The translations under genes were made by a program, and so were the position numbers. DNA of 53,298 bases from Nitrososphaeraceae archaeon (lineage in GTDB: Archaea > Thermoproteota > Nitrososphaeria > Nitrososphaerales > Nitrososphaeraceae), in the NCBI GenBank assembly GCA_035250975.1, contig DATFEP010000059.1, positions 1-53,298 of the forward strand. The letters run 5' to 3'. The notes under the pieces were generated by a model, which had not been told where the DNA came from, ran no database searches, and was given only the letters and a program-made list of their open reading frames with translations. How positions within the stretch are numbered: position 1 is the stretch's first letter; every line of letters begins with the position of its first letter. Below are positions 52,155 to 53,298 of the stretch, in pieces.

Positions 52155-53298
52155 CTATTTTTTTGTAGTAGTATTATTCATCAATTTATTAAACACAGTT
52201 AATTCTTTTTCAGTTAGTAATTCAGTTAAATTTGCATTTATTTGCAGGGCTTTTTCAAAATAAGATTTGGCGTCATCATAATTTCCTACATTATACATTA
52301 TTAAGGCAGCAGTATTAAGATGATATTCATTATTTGAATCAGATTCAAGCGCTTTTTGAACAAGTGGTAAAGCCTCTTCATTTTTATTAAGGTTTGCTAA
52401 AACATTCGCTTTGTTATTTAGTGCATTAACATGTGCTGGTTCTATAGCTAGGGCTTTGTCATAGTACTGTAGAGCTTCATTATATCTTTTTAAATCTTTT
52501 AAAACGTTGGCTTTGTTATTTAGTGCATTAAAATATGTAGGATCTATAGATAGGGCTTTATCATAATACTGTAACGCTTCATCATATCTATGTTGTTGTT
52601 GTAAAGCATATGCTTTGCCATTTAATACATTAACATTTGAAGAATCTATAGATAGAGCCTTTTCATAGTACTGCAATGCCTCATCATATCTTTGTAAGTA
52701 TTGTAAAGTATTGGCTTTGTTATAGAGTGCATAAATAAACTTTGGATCTATAGATAGAGCCTTTTCATAGTACTGCAATGCCTCATCATATCTTTGAAGA
52801 TCTTGTAAAACAAGAGCTTTGTTATTCAATGCATAACTAGCTGATGGATCAATTTTCAGTACTTTATCAAAGTACTGTATAGCTTCATCATTCCTATGTA
52901 AATTTTTCAAAGTATTGGCTTTTCCATTTAACAAATTGAGATTTGTGGGATCTATAGATAGGGCTTTATTATAGTACTTTAATGCGTCATCATTTTCCTT
53001 TAGAATTTCGAAAATATTGGCTTTGTTATATAATGCATTTACATCATTTGTTCCTATAGCGAGCACTTTATCATAGTACTGTAGAGCTTCATCATATCTT
53101 TTTAAATCTTTTAAAACAATAGCTTTGTTTTTCAGTGCATCAACATATTTGGGATCTATTGCTAGTGCTTTGTCATAGTACTGAATAGCTTCATCATATT
53201 TTTTTAAATCATATAAAACAACTGCTCTATTATTTAGTGCATAAATATATGTAGGATCTATAGCCAGTACTTTGTCAATGTACTCCAATGCCTCATCA
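52155..53298 (-). CDS. Tetratricopeptide repeat protein (5' end outside the window)
   Basis: About 10 tandem 34-aa repeats of the form ALNNKAxxLxxLxRYDEALQYYDKALxIDP. Confidence 0.95.
   Translation of the reverse strand, partial: DEALEYIDKVLAIDPTYIYALNNRAVVLYDLKKYDEAIQYYDKALAIDPKYVDALKNKAIVLKDLKRYDEALQYYDKVLAIGTNDVNALYNKANIFEILKENDDALKYYNKALSIDPTNLNLLNGKANTLKNLHRNDEAIQYFDKVLKIDPSASYALNNKALVLQDLQRYDEALQYYEKALSIDPKFIYALYNKANTLQYLQRYDEALQYYEKALSIDSSNVNVLNGKAYALQQQHRYDEALQYYDKALSIDPTYFNALNNKANVLKDLKRYNEALQYYDKALAIEPAHVNALNNKANVLANLNKNEEALPLVQKALESDSNNEYHLNTAALIMYNVGNYDDAKSYFEKALQINANLTELLTEKELTVFNKLMNNTTTKK

Overview
AT-rich archaeal chromosomal segment. Leaderless-type TATA boxes about 23-30 nt upstream of starts, a Sulfolobus-type Zn-ferredoxin, split glutamate synthase, Lrp/AsnC, and YVTN/PsbP/TPR proteins point to a soil ammonia-oxidising archaeon (Nitrososphaeraceae, Nitrosocosmicus-like; inference). 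Housekeeping genes (MscS, a TPP enzyme, a glnA-gltB operon with divergent Lrp, ferredoxin, oxidoreductases) alternate with accessory DNA full of decayed IS6-, IS630- and IS5-type remnants and an hsdM pseudogene. Two accessory systems stand out. (1) 11463-15821 is a four-gene RiPP-like cluster: a 260-aa precursor whose core has 14 Cys, each preceded by Ser/Thr, then a translationally coupled APH-type kinase, a HopA1-like lyase and a stand-alone Zn-type LanC cyclase. It looks like a split lanthipeptide synthetase with class V dehydration and a class I/IV-type cyclase, in an archaeon. (2) 36898-42639 encodes a TIR-SIR2 fusion, an nSTAND1 NTPase-TM-extracellular YVTN propeller receptor and a PsbP-like exported protein, bracketed by two copies of a GC-core palindrome: a candidate transmembrane NLR-like signalling or defence system. 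No rRNA, complete tRNA or CRISPR array was seen. All family assignments come from motif recognition by eye; no database searches were run.
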